Shown piece by piece: positions 9,151 through 18,744 of a stretch of DNA of 64,000 nucleotides. Where the stretch lies: positions 334,010 through 398,009 of the forward strand of contig CAWKKU010000014.1 in NCBI GenBank assembly GCA_963850295.1. The letters run 5' to 3'. The first letter of the stretch is position 1. The number at the start of each line of letters is the position of its first letter. The notes under the pieces were generated by a model. It saw nothing but the letters and a program-made list of their open reading frames with translations. It did not search any database and had not been told where the DNA came from. The DNA is from Vicinamibacterales bacterium (GTDB lineage Bacteria; Acidobacteriota; Vicinamibacteria; Vicinamibacterales; JAMQPK01). Made by a program: the position numbers and the translations under genes.

Positions 9151-10200
9151 TTATGGCGCTCCCTGCGGCCCGCTTTCCCCGTCGTCTTTCACCAGCAACG
9201 CGAAAAAGGGGCCGGCACGCCATCGCCCGAACAGCACGACGTCGAGCATCGCCAGGGCCGTGAGCGCGCTCAGGGCGCGGTAGACGAGACCGCGCCTCGC
9301 AATCGCGCCCTTCGCGTGCGCTCGCGTGTTCTCAACCGCTTTGCTGTCGACGTTCCGGAACCGCCGTCGCGCCCACATATGAGCGGCAAACGGAACGATC
9401 AGGTTTTCCGCCAGTCCCGAGAAGAGGGGCGTGTAATAGGTGAGTTTCTTTATGCGGAACCCGGCAGCCGCCGCCACCGCATGAAGATCGTCGAAACCGT
9501 TCAGCGGATTGAGGTGGTCGCTCTTCCGCAGCTTGTCGTAACTCAGATCCGCCAGTCCGCGCCGTTCGAACGATTGCGCTGTCGCGCGAATCGCCTGTAT
9601 CAGCGGCTGCAGCGGCGTGCGCTCCGCGACGTGCGTGTACACAAAGAGCGAGCCGCCGGGCTTCAACACGCGGTTCGCTTCGCGCAGGGTGGTGAGCAGG
9701 CCTTCACGTGACAGGTGTTCGAACACATCGAGGCTGTACGCTTTCGCAATGCTTGCGCTCGCCAGGGGCAGCGTTCGGAGATCTCCAACGATCAGGTCCA
9801 CGGCGGCGCGAGCTTCTGCGGCGAAGAAGGCGCCCGCGTCGATGCCGACCAGGTGCGCTCCCGACGCGAGATTCCAGACCGAAAATTTTCCGCTCCCACA
9901 TCCGAGGTCCAGCACGGAATCCGATGGGCCGAGGCGCAAGAATTTCTGCAGCATTTTGAGCCGCACGCCCGCCGCCAGCAGCGGCGGCGCGACTGTCGCA
10001 TCGCGTCCGGCTGTATGGAAGCTCTCATTCAGAAATTTCGTCGTCTGCTCGAACGACGCTTCGGGAGCGAGGAGGAGATAGTCGGGCCTGCCCTCGAACG
10101 CGCGACCGCACGAACGGCACGTCAGGGTCCGGGCATCACCGCCGAGCACACCCCGGCATTCGGGACATCTGACGATCTCCAGCAGCCTGGACGAAATCAA
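9151..10200 (-). CDS. Class I SAM-dependent methyltransferase with N-terminal Cys4 zinc-ribbon and C-terminal hydrophobic helix
   Basis: The proposed start is TTG 10200, in a TTGA overlap with the upstream stop at 10197-10199. The longer track ORF lies inside the upstream gene. Zinc ribbon CPECRG...CRSCGRAF; SAM motif VLDLGCGSGKF; LKPGGSLFVYTH. The start codon is inferred. Confidence 0.7.
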   Translation of the reverse strand: MISSRLLEIVRCPECRGVLGGDARTLTCRSCGRAFEGRPDYLLLAPEASFEQTTKFLNESFHTAGRDATVAPPLLAAGVRLKMLQKFLRLGPSDSVLDLGCGSGKFSVWNLASGAHLVGIDAGAFFAAEARAAVDLIVGDLRTLPLASASIAKAYSLDVFEHLSREGLLTTLREANRVLKPGGSLFVYTHVAERTPLQPLIQAIRATAQSFERRGLADLSYDKLRKSDHLNPLNGFDDLHAVAAAAGFRIKKLTYYTPLFSGLAENLIVPFAAHMWARRRFRNVDSKAVENTRAHAKGAIARRGLVYRALSALTALAMLDVVLFGRWRAGPFFALLVKDDGESGPQGAP

Positions 10201-11645
10201 GGCGCGATATCGGTCCGCACCGACTGATAAAAGGATGACCGATCGAATAGGTACCGATACGTCAGCCCCGGCAAACTCCTCGGGATCACCACGAAATTGT
10301 TGTATGCGTTGCGCGAGAGCTCCAACCGCTGGCGATTCATCGTGCCGCTGCCGAACTGCGCGATGAGCCCGAGATTCCACCAGACGCAGACGGCGATGAG
10401 CAGCGGCAACGCGAGCGATGTCGCGCCTGTTGGCCGGCTGCGAAGCAGAACCGCGAGGCCGACGGAGAGAAATACGGTCAGCCCTACCAGCCGCCGTTGT
10501 CCAAACGATCCGGCAGCCGACCAGGTGTTGATGCTGCCAGAGACGTAAAGCTGGCTCGCCACCATGACGAGCATCAGCAGCCCAATCCACTTGGCGTCGC
10601 GCATGCTTTCCGGCCGGTTTCCGGCATCGCGTCCCGCCGCCAGGCGGATGAGCCCGGCGACCGCGAGTACAAACAGCGGTGTCCAGAAGACAACTCCGTG
10701 ATTCGGTGAGAAGAGTACGCGCAACAGGTGCGGCGACGACCAGAACATCTTCTGCTCGACCAGCGGGTCGGGCGCGAGCCGGCCGTTGACGATCAGGTAG
10801 GCCGCCGCTTGAGGGAGATAGCAGATACAAAACGCCATGACTCCCGCAAGAGCCTTCCCGATCAACGGTCGAACGCGGTGAAACCCGTCCCGGCTCGCTC
10901 GCACCATCGTGGCGCCGTAGTCGACGGCCGGGCCGATCGCCAGAAAGACGTCCTGCTCTCGGACCATGCCCATGAGCGCGGCCAACCCACCCAGCGCCAT
11001 GACCCCGCCCACCGTCCAGTCACGCCGCACGCGCAGCCACACGAGCACGAACGCCGCTACCGCGAACGCGGAGCATGCGTGGGAAAACCCGGGCGCCACA
11101 TACATGTAGAAGATCAATGGCGTGCCGGCGCACACGGCCAGCGCCGCAACACGCCCGGTACCGAGCACGGTGCGAATCACCACGACCGAAATGAGGACCG
11201 CGAAGAATCCGTAGAGTGCCGACGCGTAGGTTATAGCGACGAGGTAGGGACGCGAATATCCGTCGGCTGTCACCGCCACGCCGGCCGCGGCGGCGATGCG
11301 CGTCGCCACATCGGCGACGGCGTAGAACGGCGCCCACAGCAGCGCCGTGCCGACCGGGGCGTAGTTCGGACGCAGTCCGGTGGCGGTCGTCTGTCCGAGA
11401 AACGTTGTTTCAAAACCCCACGCGCGCGCGATCCCACGATCGTAGAAATAGCGGTACTCGTTGTCGAATGAGAGATCGCCGTCGAACCATACCGACCTGA
11501 GATACGCGAAGTACTCGATTTCGTCAGCTGCGTGCAGACGCGGCGTGATCGCTGGTGCCGACAGAAGGAACAGCGCGATCACTCCCGCAGTCAATCGATC
11601 GCGGATTCCGAGGTTGCGCGGATTCAACCGGCGGACTATTCTCAT
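10197..11645 (-). CDS. Polytopic membrane protein, GT-C fold glycosyltransferase-like (GT39/ArnT/PMT-like)
   Basis: The start is probably ATG 11645 (MRIVRRLNPRN...). First extracytoplasmic loop ADEIEYFAYLRSVWFDGDLSFDNEY is followed by at least 10 hydrophobic helices. This is the first gene of the leftward operon. Confidence 0.55.
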   Translation of the reverse strand: MRIVRRLNPRNLGIRDRLTAGVIALFLLSAPAITPRLHAADEIEYFAYLRSVWFDGDLSFDNEYRYFYDRGIARAWGFETTFLGQTTATGLRPNYAPVGTALLWAPFYAVADVATRIAAAAGVAVTADGYSRPYLVAITYASALYGFFAVLISVVVIRTVLGTGRVAALAVCAGTPLIFYMYVAPGFSHACSAFAVAAFVLVWLRVRRDWTVGGVMALGGLAALMGMVREQDVFLAIGPAVDYGATMVRASRDGFHRVRPLIGKALAGVMAFCICYLPQAAAYLIVNGRLAPDPLVEQKMFWSSPHLLRVLFSPNHGVVFWTPLFVLAVAGLIRLAAGRDAGNRPESMRDAKWIGLLMLVMVASQLYVSGSINTWSAAGSFGQRRLVGLTVFLSVGLAVLLRSRPTGATSLALPLLIAVCVWWNLGLIAQFGSGTMNRQRLELSRNAYNNFVVIPRSLPGLTYRYLFDRSSFYQSVRTDIAP

Positions 11646-11719
11646 GCGGCGTGTTCGGGGAGTGCACTGCAACGCTCTAATCGAGCGATTCTACACGCAA
11701 TCGCGACGACCGCCACCGA
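11646..11719. promoter_or_regulatory. Divergent intergenic region (candidate bidirectional promoter region)
   Basis: The only non-coding gap between the minus-strand gene starting at 11645 and the plus-strand gene starting at 11720. Contains a short imperfect inverted repeat GCGATT-n8-AATCGC. No confident -35/-10 assignment. Confidence 0.3.
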
Positions 11720-12892
11720 ATGACCACCATGCGCATCGCTCTTCTCTGCCATAAGTACTGGCCGGCGGTCGGAGGTCTGTGCACTTACACAGGACGCCTG
11801 GTGGAATATCTCGTCGAACGCGGACATCGCGTCGACATCTTCACGACGCAAACTCCGGCAAACACGCCGGAGTTCGAACGCATTGGCCCGAGCTCTGCGA
11901 TCAGGCGGTTCAAGCCGCGATCGAGGAATCACCTTCCGTTCTATATAATGCCGGGTCTCGTCGCGCAAGCTGGTTCGCGCGCGTTCGGCGACGCCGACGT
12001 CGTTCACAGCGTTGGCTATTACTTCTTCCCTTCGGTATTCGCGCATGTCGCGTCGTGGATCCGCCGCAAGCCGCATGTCTGTACGCCGGTCTTCGCGCTC
12101 AATCCGGCGACATGGGAACGCGAGATGTTCGACAAGACGATGGGCCGCCGGCTCGTGCGCAAGGCCAGCCACGTCATCGTGCAGTCCGAGAATGAACGTC
12201 GTCTCATGCACGAGCACCGGTTCAGCCTGCCGCGCCAGACGGTCGTGCCGTTCGGCGTCGATTCGTGGATCTTCGATCGCGAGTACGACGTCTCCGACCT
12301 GCGGACGCGGCACGCGATCGGTGAGTCGGAGCACGTGCTGCTGTTCGTGGGCAAGATCATGTCGCCGAAGGGCGCGTTCGACTGCCTGGAGGCGGTCGCC
12401 CGGCTGCGTGCGTCGGGGCGCCGTGTTCGGCTCATCATGATCGGCGACGTGCATGCACGCGAGCGGACGAAGTTCACAAATGATATCGAGCGTCTGGCGC
12501 TCGGAGACTCGGTGATTCTGACCGGTCCGCTGACCGATCGCGTCGAGATTGCCCGCTACTATCAACTCGCTGACGCTGTCGTCTTCCCTTCCCAGTACGA
12601 ACAGTTCGGCATCGTCGCGATCGAGGCCGGCGCCAGCGGCAAGCCGCTGCTCTCAACGCCGGTCGGCATCATGCAAACGCTCGTCCCCCGCTACGAGAAC
12701 GGCCTGCTCCACCCGTTTGGCGATCTCGATCGCTTCACCCGGAATCTGGTGGAGGTGCTCGATACGCCGCGCTTCCGGAACAACGCCGTCCGCCACCGCG
12801 CCGAGTTTCTGCAAGCGTATTCGTGGCGCGAGATCGGCCGGCAGACCGAAAACATCTACGCCGATCTTCTTCGGGAGAACAGCGCGAGTTGA
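11720..12892 (+). CDS. Glycosyltransferase, GT4 family
   Basis: 390-aa ORF. MRIALLCHKYWPAVGGLCTYTGRLVEYLVERGHRVDIFT; C-terminal VFPSQYEQFGIVAIEAGASGKPLLSTPVGI. Confidence 0.8.
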   Translation: MTTMRIALLCHKYWPAVGGLCTYTGRLVEYLVERGHRVDIFTTQTPANTPEFERIGPSSAIRRFKPRSRNHLPFYIMPGLVAQAGSRAFGDADVVHSVGYYFFPSVFAHVASWIRRKPHVCTPVFALNPATWEREMFDKTMGRRLVRKASHVIVQSENERRLMHEHRFSLPRQTVVPFGVDSWIFDREYDVSDLRTRHAIGESEHVLLFVGKIMSPKGAFDCLEAVARLRASGRRVRLIMIGDVHARERTKFTNDIERLALGDSVILTGPLTDRVEIARYYQLADAVVFPSQYEQFGIVAIEAGASGKPLLSTPVGIMQTLVPRYENGLLHPFGDLDRFTRNLVEVLDTPRFRNNAVRHRAEFLQAYSWREIGRQTENIYADLLRENSAS

Positions 12893-14436
12893 GCGCGTCG
12901 CCGCGGCAAAACGCGACGACTCTGCACGAAATCTCGAATTCCGTATTCTGGAATACGGCGCTGCTTCCGCTGATCGCGGCTGCCAACATCCTCGTCTCAG
13001 TGCTCGTCCGCCGCAGCTTCGAGCTCGAATCGGGCACCTACGACGTCCTCATGGGGCTGTCGACATCGATCTTGTTCTACTCCGGTCTCGGCCTCACATC
13101 GAGTCTGCCGAAGTTTCTCCCGGAAGTGCAGGTGCGATCGGGCCGGCAGAAGACCATCACCGTGCTCGGTCGCATCGCTGCGGCGCGAATGGCTGTGCTG
13201 GCGCTGCTGCTCGTCGCCTTGAACGTGTGGGCGGAGCCGCTGGCGAGGAAATTCAGCCTCGGCGAGAGCGGTAGTCTCTACATCCACCTGCTGACCCTTG
13301 TCATCGCGGGAAAGGCGCTCATGGACTTGAGCTATCGGGCGCTCGAGTCGTTCCTCGCCCAACTCGCCGTCAACGCGCTCATGCTGCTGTACGCCCTCTC
13401 GAGGTTCGCCCTGATCGGCCTCGCCGTCGCCATTGGCGGAGGGATAGCCGGTGTGATCGGGGCGCTCGGCGTGGCAGCAGCGATAGTGGCCGTGGGCGGC
13501 ATGACAGCCCTGGTTCGGCGACTGCGGCGGCTGCCAGCTGAACCAGAGGTGGAGCGGGTCCCAGAGCCGTCGGGCGAGCGCATCGGGCGGTTTGCGGCGC
13601 TCACCTACGCGAACGAGCTCTGCCTGTATTTCTCGAGCCCGGCGTTCGGCAGTCCGGCACTCGCGGCGGCGCTCGGCGGACCGGAACCCGTTGCCTTGTT
13701 CGCCACCAGCTTCTTCGTGGCGGCAAGCGGCGTTTCCCTGACGGTTTCGAGCTTCCGTGGTGTCTATCGTCCGCTCTTTGCGCGGCTTCGCGCGGCTGGC
13801 GACCCGGCGCAGTTTCGGCGCGCATTCGAACTTGCCTGCAAGGCGCAGATCCTCGCTGTAGTGCCCGCGGGATTCGGATTGGCGGTCATGGTCCCCGACT
13901 ATCTCACGCTGATGTACGGGCCGGCATTCACCGCCGGCGCTCCGGTCGCGCGCATTCTCGTGGCGTTGCTCTTCGCCGAGACGGTCTTTGCGCTTGGAGT
14001 GCTCGTGCTGTGGGTCGATGAGCGTTACCGTCTCGTGCTCACGGCGCAGGCGACCCTGGTGCTCGGCGCGCCGCTGTTCATCGTGGCGGCCGCGCGCGGC
14101 GGCCTCGAGACGGCAGCGCTCGTACTCGGCGGCTCCCGTCTGGCAGCGTCCCTGATCGGATATCGCGCAGCCCGTCGCGTTTATGGAGTGGCCTTCCCAT
14201 GGCGGTTCGCGGCGCGCGTAAGCCTCGCGTCGGCAGCGATGGCCGCAATACTTCAGCTGATCAGGTTGGTGTGGGCGACATCGCCGATAGAGGCGATTAC
14301 GCTGACGCTGCTTGGCGTCTCACTCGTCGCGGCGGCCCTGCGCGTGTTTCGCATTCTTGGCCCCGACGAACTCGGCATCCTGGAACGTACCCGTATCCCC
14401 GGCCGCAAGTGGCTGGTGCAGTGGCTTGCGCGTTGA
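12889..14436 (+). CDS. Polysaccharide biosynthesis membrane protein, Wzx/MOP-type flippase-like
   Basis: The proposed start is TTG 12889, in a TTGA overlap with the upstream stop at 12890-12892. About 12-14 hydrophobic helices. The N-terminus NSVFWNTALLPLIAAANILVSVLVRR resembles oligosaccharide flippase family proteins. No soluble domain. Confidence 0.55.
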   Translation: MSASPRQNATTLHEISNSVFWNTALLPLIAAANILVSVLVRRSFELESGTYDVLMGLSTSILFYSGLGLTSSLPKFLPEVQVRSGRQKTITVLGRIAAARMAVLALLLVALNVWAEPLARKFSLGESGSLYIHLLTLVIAGKALMDLSYRALESFLAQLAVNALMLLYALSRFALIGLAVAIGGGIAGVIGALGVAAAIVAVGGMTALVRRLRRLPAEPEVERVPEPSGERIGRFAALTYANELCLYFSSPAFGSPALAAALGGPEPVALFATSFFVAASGVSLTVSSFRGVYRPLFARLRAAGDPAQFRRAFELACKAQILAVVPAGFGLAVMVPDYLTLMYGPAFTAGAPVARILVALLFAETVFALGVLVLWVDERYRLVLTAQATLVLGAPLFIVAAARGGLETAALVLGGSRLAASLIGYRAARRVYGVAFPWRFAARVSLASAAMAAILQLIRLVWATSPIEAITLTLLGVSLVAAALRVFRILGPDELGILERTRIPGRKWLVQWLAR

Positions 14437-14539
14437 TCGCTAGAAGTGATTTCAAAACCTGTTCGCGGGTCCTGTCGCCGGTCTGCTCGGCCTGTTCGGC
14501 CGACGCCGACATTAGGGACCGCGGTCATTATGCGGTTGG

Positions 14540-14777
14540 CGGATCCGTCTGCAAGGCAGCCGCTTGCCCCCCGTAGCTCGCTGGACCGAAAGCTCGAGCG
14601 AGCGTAGGAGGGTGTCTGTGCAGCGGTCGTGGGCCGTAGCGCGCAAGCATGCTAATGAGAGCGACGGCGTGGCGCTAGCTATGATGTTCGTGAGGACAGT
14701 GCCGAGATGCGCGAGGCAATGAAGACATTCGCAAGCACGCGCGAAGGGTGGGCTCCGGCTGCCGGCAGACGGATCCG
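14540..14777. repeat. Long-range imperfect inverted repeat inside a 416-bp convergent intergenic region
   Basis: Left arm 14540-14562 is CGGATCCGTCTGC-AAG-GCAGCCG. The right arm 14756-14777 reverse-complements to CGGATCCGTCTGC-CG-GCAGCCG (13 + 7 matching nt). The arms are separated by about 190 nt, which contain a further 7-bp inverted repeat (GCTCGCT...AGCGAGC). Confidence 0.45.
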
Positions 14778-14852
14778 ACGGCCGCGTTCATCGCCCATCA
14801 ACAATCCCGACACGACGCTCGTGACAGAAACGCCGCGGTTTGGAAACCGCTT

Positions 14853-16295
14853 CTACTGCTCTACCGATACGCCGAAATAACCGAGCAGGCGGCGACCCGC
14901 TGGATCGAACCGCGGCCCCGCCCGCAGGCACGAGGCGATCTCGTTATCACTCCAGCTCCACAGACGATATCTATACGGAGGATTTCCGCTGAGAGTCCAC
15001 GGTGAAGGCCAGCAGAACGCGCCGATGGCCTGAACCGCGATCGAGCACACGAGAAGGGCAATCGCGGCGATCGGCGTTCCCTTCCAGCCGGCCGGGTCAT
15101 CGAGCAACGCTTTGCGAGGAAGAAAGCCGAATGCGAGCAGAAGGCCGACGAACGGCATCGCGTCGGTCAGATAGCGGGGTCCATAGCCGTGTCCTCCCCA
15201 CCAGACGATGAATTTCGAGTAGGTGAGAAGGATGGCGATGGCTGCCACACTCGCATAACGAGCCAGAAGGAGCGTATCTCCCCGGTCGGTTGCGCCGCCA
15301 TTCAGGCGCGTCCTCCACACCCTGACGGCGCCGACGATAGCGACAATCACGACCGGCGAGAAGATGAAGATCCCTCGGCTCGGGCTGATCGTCAGACCGG
15401 CGAAGCCCGCCGCCAGCGACCCCGAAAACATCCCTGCTGTCCCGAGCTCGTCGACCCGGTACTGAGTCCGCGTCGGTGCTCCGCCGACGATGTTCCCGAA
15501 GAGCCACAGATTGTAGGTCGCGCCGGCGATGCCGACGAGCGCCGCGGCGCCAGTGAACCACAGCGCGTCGGTGACGCTCGCGCGCAGCGCCTCACGATCT
15601 TCTCGAAGCCGCATCACGATCCTGTGCGCGAGGTAGAGGGCGAGCAGCGCCGCCGCGGGTGCCGTTGCCGGCCGTGCGATCACCGCCGCCGCCGCGGCGA
15701 TGCCGGCGGCGGCCGGCAGCCCGGCGATCAATGCCCAGATCGCCGCGGCATACCCAAGCACGGCCGGCGTGTGTGTCCACATCGCAAGGCTCGCGGTCGA
15801 CCAGACGGGCGTGCCCAGCCCATAGGCGATGGCGGCAAGCAGCGCCGCGCGGTTGCTGGCGTCGCGGCCTGGCCTGAATACATCGAGCACGCGCCGTGAC
15901 GCGGCGAACACGAGCAACGCCGACAGTGCCGCCATCGTCGACGCCGCGAGCTTGGAATACAGATTCGCGGCGAGCTCGGCGTTGCCGGGTATTCCCGTCC
16001 ATGCAGGGAATGCGTAGACTGGGAGCGCGAGAATCGGTCCCACGGGCGGATGGCTGTCGAAGAAATGCCCATTCGCCAATGCGAAATAATTCGAGAAGAA
16101 ATCGGGGCCGGCTTGCTGCTTCACGCGATCGGGCACGAATTCGTCCAGCACCAGGTCGCCATCTCGCAGAATACTGAGCGGAACGAACCGTGACGCGTAC
16201 GTGTCGTATGACGAGACCTGCCTGAGATTCGCGTTGTACATCACCAACAGACCGATCACGAGCAGACCCGCACGGCGAAGGGACATGGCGAACAT
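14853..16295 (-). CDS. Polytopic membrane protein, GT-C-like glycosyltransferase candidate
   Basis: 480-aa ORF (alternative ATG at 16286). N-terminus LLVIGLLVMYNANLRQVSSYDTYASRFVPLSILRDGDLVLDEF, followed by at least 10 hydrophobic helices. No soluble catalytic domain. The family call is tentative. Confidence 0.45.
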   Translation of the reverse strand: MFAMSLRRAGLLVIGLLVMYNANLRQVSSYDTYASRFVPLSILRDGDLVLDEFVPDRVKQQAGPDFFSNYFALANGHFFDSHPPVGPILALPVYAFPAWTGIPGNAELAANLYSKLAASTMAALSALLVFAASRRVLDVFRPGRDASNRAALLAAIAYGLGTPVWSTASLAMWTHTPAVLGYAAAIWALIAGLPAAAGIAAAAAVIARPATAPAAALLALYLAHRIVMRLREDREALRASVTDALWFTGAAALVGIAGATYNLWLFGNIVGGAPTRTQYRVDELGTAGMFSGSLAAGFAGLTISPSRGIFIFSPVVIVAIVGAVRVWRTRLNGGATDRGDTLLLARYASVAAIAILLTYSKFIVWWGGHGYGPRYLTDAMPFVGLLLAFGFLPRKALLDDPAGWKGTPIAAIALLVCSIAVQAIGAFCWPSPWTLSGNPPYRYRLWSWSDNEIASCLRAGPRFDPAGRRLLGYFGVSVEQ

Positions 16296-17955
16296 GCTAC
16301 CGCAAGTACAACGCGCGCACTGGACCGCACAGCCGGCGTTCGATGCCGTCGTCGCGTCGATTGCGATTGTCGTGCTCCCGCTTTTTGTTTACGGGTTGGG
16401 CAATACGTATCTGTGGCAGGACGAAGCGCAGACAGCGCTCCTCGGCCGGTCCGTACTGATCCATGGCGTGCCGATGGTGGGAGAAGGCGCGGAGAGCCTC
16501 TCGGCCGTGCTCGGGAAGGATGCAGGAATAGGCGGCGTCTATTTTCAGATCGCCTGGCTGCAGGCCTACGTCGAAGCGGCCAGCCTGGGTCTATTCGGCG
16601 AATCCAGCTGGTCTGCCCGTCTTCCGTTTGCCATAACCGGCTGGCTCTGCATTCCGCTCGCGGCGTGGGCGATGCGGGTTGCCGGATCGACCGTTCTCGC
16701 CGCTCGAATTGCCGCGTTATCGATCGCGCTCAGCGTTCCGTTCATCATCATCTCCCGTCAGGCGCGGTACTACGCGATGACGGCTGCGATCGTCCTCGTC
16801 ACAACCGGTGCTTATGCTGCGTTGATGCGCGCGGTGAAATCACCGCAACGACGGACGGACGCCGCGGCGTCTGCCTTTGCATTCGCGTTTGCCGCAAGCC
16901 TGCTCGTCGTGAGCTTCGACATCACTGCCATTGGCGTGCTGGGTGCGATAGCGTGTCATTGGCTGCTGTCCGCGCGGTCGAACGACGATAGGTGGAGCGC
17001 GACGTTCTGGTTGGCGTGGGCGCTGCCGTGCGTCGTGTTGGCAGCGTGGCTCGCGGCCAGCCTCACGGCCGCATCTCGCGCGGACAATGCCGGGCTTACT
17101 GCAATTCCGGGACGGCTGCAGTACGCCACGACCTACTACCTCGGGCAGATCAATTCGCACATTGTGCCGCTGCCGGTGCTGCTCCTGCTGATGCTGTTGC
17201 GCCGCGGCGCGCCGAACGATCGCAAGGCCGAAGCGGATGACAGCCGCAGGGCGGCGGCGCTGCTGGCGGCCGTCGCACTGGGTGGACTGGCCGGAACCTT
17301 GCTCTCACCGCACCGGTTCTTCCGCTACATCGTCCCGGTCTTTCCGGTTCTGTTGGCCTTGAGCGCCATCGGCATTGCAGCTCTGTGGTCGCTCGGACAG
17401 CGGATGCGCATTGGCGCCGCCGTGCTGCTCGCGGCGCTCGTGAGCACCAACGTGTTGTTCGTGTGGTCCCACGCCGGCCTCGAGGGAGTCGCCCGCGCGA
17501 CCGGCCTGGTGACCGTTCGCGAACGCGCATTCCACGCACGAGTGCCCATGGCGGACCTCATTTCGGAACTGCGCGATCCGCCACGTGGACCGGTGGCCGC
17601 GACGATTGAATATTTATTGCAACACGCGGGGCCCCGTGACGTGGTCGTCGCCGCGTACGGCGATCTCCCACTGAAGTTCCATACGCCATTGCAGGTGTAC
17701 GGCGGTGAGACCGGCGAACTACCGCCGCCGGACGTCGTGCCGCAATGGATCTGGCCGCGAGCGTTGAAGGTTTACTCGGAGGTACGGCCGGTAACCGACT
17801 GGATCGGAAGGGAACTTGAATCGGGCAGGTACTGGCGGGTGGAGTTGCAGGCGATCGATCGACGATGGGAGAACCGCGAAGATCCCGAAACGCACATCTT
17901 TTCGAATCCGGGCCCGCCCGGGCCGCGCGTGGTGCTCTACAGAGCGCGCGATTGA
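16285..17955 (+). CDS. Polytopic membrane protein, GT39/ArnT/PMT-like GT-C glycosyltransferase
   Basis: Start ATG 16285 or 16294. N-terminus IAIVVLPLFVYGLGNTYLWQDEAQTALLGRSVLIHGVP is typical of ArnT/PMT_2-type proteins. About 12 helices plus a C-terminal soluble region. The 3' end overlaps the convergent GT2 gene by 19 nt. Confidence 0.6.
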   Translation: MANMLPQVQRAHWTAQPAFDAVVASIAIVVLPLFVYGLGNTYLWQDEAQTALLGRSVLIHGVPMVGEGAESLSAVLGKDAGIGGVYFQIAWLQAYVEAASLGLFGESSWSARLPFAITGWLCIPLAAWAMRVAGSTVLAARIAALSIALSVPFIIISRQARYYAMTAAIVLVTTGAYAALMRAVKSPQRRTDAAASAFAFAFAASLLVVSFDITAIGVLGAIACHWLLSARSNDDRWSATFWLAWALPCVVLAAWLAASLTAASRADNAGLTAIPGRLQYATTYYLGQINSHIVPLPVLLLLMLLRRGAPNDRKAEADDSRRAAALLAAVALGGLAGTLLSPHRFFRYIVPVFPVLLALSAIGIAALWSLGQRMRIGAAVLLAALVSTNVLFVWSHAGLEGVARATGLVTVRERAFHARVPMADLISELRDPPRGPVAATIEYLLQHAGPRDVVVAAYGDLPLKFHTPLQVYGGETGELPPPDVVPQWIWPRALKVYSEVRPVTDWIGRELESGRYWRVELQAIDRRWENREDPETHIFSNPGPPGPRVVLYRARD

Positions 17956-18744
17956 GGGCGCGCGCGGCGCGCGAACAGGGACTGCGATTTCCACCCGGCG
18001 CGATACAGCAGATACCGGCCGAGCGCCGCGATCGTGCCGAACGCGTACTTCGTGCTGCGGCCGAGGGGAATACTGCTCGACTCGGGACCGTAGTGCGTCG
18101 GGACCGGCACCGCCCCAATGCGAAATCCGTGCGCGCGGGCCTGGACGAGGAACTGCTGATCGAACACGAAATCATCCGAGCACGCTTCGAAGTCGAGCGT
18201 CTCGAGCACGCGCCTGTGGTACGCACGATAGCCGGTGTGATACTCCGGCAGATTCAGGCCGAGCACGACGTTCTCCATGATCGTCAGGACTCGATTCGCC
18301 ACGTATTTGATCAACGGCATGCCGCCGGCGAGCACCTCTTCGCGGCGCCTGATACGCGACCCCAGCACGATATCGACGACATCGGCTTTGATGAAGCCTG
18401 CCATGTACGGCACGAGCGCGCCATCGTACTGATTGTCCGGGTGCAGCATGATCGACAATCTCGGCTTCGGTCTGAAGGGCCAGCTGATAGCAGGTCTTCT
18501 GGTTACCGCCGTAGCCGCGGTTATGCGGGTGCCGGTGCACCGTGATTCCGAGGCGGCGAGCGACGCCAATCGTATCGTCGGCGCTCGCGTCGTCGACGAG
18601 GATGATGTCCTCGCATGAACCCGGAGGCAGCCGGCGCAGTGTCGCCTCCAGCGTCTTCGCGGCGTGGTAGGCCGGCAGCACAACACACGCACGCAAATCG
18701 CGCACGGCCGGAAAGTGGTCGACTTCGGCGGCTCGCGGCGTCAC
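17937..18744 (-). pseudogene. GT2 glycosyltransferase (polyprenyl-phosphate sugar synthase / ArnC-DPM1-like), interrupted by one frameshift near 18450-18460
   Basis: The N-terminal half is in the 18172..18744 frame (VVLPAYHAAKTLEATL...DIILVDDASADDT...HNRGYGGNQKTCYQLALQTEAEIV). The C-terminal half is in the 17937..18692 frame (IMLHPDNQYDGALVPYMAGFI...GSRIRRRE...EYHTGYRAYHRRVLE). Removing 1 nt in GAGATTGTC-G-ATCATGCTG restores a continuous protein. The GTG start at 18744 is in a GTGA overlap with the upstream stop. Confidence 0.7.

Noticed and set aside
14835-14850. Hairpin GCGGTTT-GG-AAACCGC just downstream of the stop of the 14853..16295 gene, as a possible intrinsic terminator.
   Set aside because: The stem is only 5-7 bp, the loop would be 2-6 nt, and the following T-tract on the transcribed strand is short (TTT). 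This is too weak to call a terminator.
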